DNA of 37,064 nt. It comes from Vicugna vicugna (taxonomy: Eukaryota). Of the stretch, positions 36,450-37,064 are shown piece after piece. Made by a program: the position numbers and the translations under genes. The first letter of the stretch is position 1. Every line of letters begins with the position of its first letter. Under the pieces are notes generated by a model. That model had not been told where the DNA came from. It saw only the letters and a list, made by a program, of their open reading frames with translations, and made no database searches. Location: contig MU057847.1 in NCBI GenBank assembly GCA_013265495.1, forward strand, positions 331,260 to 368,323, read 5' to 3'.

Positions 36450-36550
36450 AACCTGAAGGGGCTCCTATAGATCATTTACTCCTTTTGTTCACAGGTGAGA
36501 AAACTGAAACTAAGAGAAAGGAAGTGACTTGCCCAGCATCCTACAGCTCA
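36450..36550 (-). mobile_element. MIR fragment
   Basis: acaggtgagaaaactgaaactaagagaaaggaagtgacttgccca. Confidence 0.6.
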
Positions 36551-36716
36551 GGCACATGGTAGGCACTCAAATATCTATTCAATCCCGGATTAATACGTAC
36601 TAGTATGACCTGTCAAGAAAGTAGAACTGGCATCAGATCTGATTGGTTGGTGCCCATGTCACATAGTTGTAATATCACTCCTGATTGAAAACAATGAACA
36701 AATAAATAAATAAAGC

Positions 36717-37064
36717 CCAAAGTGGGCACAGAGGGAACATATCTCAACATAATAAAAGCTATATGTGAGAAACCTACAGCCAGCATAGTACCCAATGGTG
36801 AACATATCTCAACATAATAAAAGCTATATGTGAGAAACCTACAGCCAGCATAGTACTCAAAAGCTTCCCACTAAAATCTGGGACAAGACAAGGATGCCCA
36901 CTATCACCACTCTTATTCAACATAGTCTTGGAAGTCCTAGCCACAGCAATCAGGCAAGAGAGAGAAGTAAAAGGGATCCAAATTGGAAAAGAAGAGGTAA
37001 AAGTGTCATTATATGCAGATGACATGATACTATATATAGAAAACCCTAAAGGGTCCACACAAAA
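36717..37064 (+). mobile_element. 5'-truncated L1 ORF2 (reverse-transcriptase region), running off the window
   Basis: Encodes [59 protein letters not shown], including the RT YADD motif. Confidence 0.92.

Noticed and set aside
36735..36856. Direct repeats as a CRISPR-like array
   Set aside because: Only two copies, inside mammalian L1 ORF2, with no spacer structure or cas genes.

Overview
This is mammalian (eutherian) genomic DNA, most likely camelid. It carries two tRNA-derived SINEs that resemble the camelid vic-1 type, and I saw no Alu, B1/B2, Bov-tA/BovB or PRE-1 elements. The only credible protein-coding gene is a minus-strand, single-coding-exon 403-aa ORF at 17742-18953. It encodes a domesticated Ty3/gypsy Gag-derived PNMA-family protein with a CCHC zinc knuckle, best called ZCCHC12 (SIZN1/PNMA7A; X-linked in human), with its close paralog ZCCHC18 as the alternative. 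Its CpG-island promoter and non-coding 5' exons lie at about 19.0-20.6 kb. A second, orphan CpG-island promoter at about 7.9-8.45 kb has no convincing ORF and is probably a lncRNA start. Much of the rest is interspersed repeat (L1, L2, L3/CR1, MIR, MaLR and ERV1 LTRs, hAT elements), several with readable target-site duplications. I find no CRISPR array, prokaryotic system or clearly new multi-gene system. The most unusual observations are the Gag-derived gene itself, the orphan promoter, a locally templated L2-derived insertion inside an L1, a two-ended but internally deleted L1 with a SINE nested in its TSD, a candidate 16-nt microexon and a candidate CTCF site. Repeat family names and boundaries were recognised by eye and are approximate.
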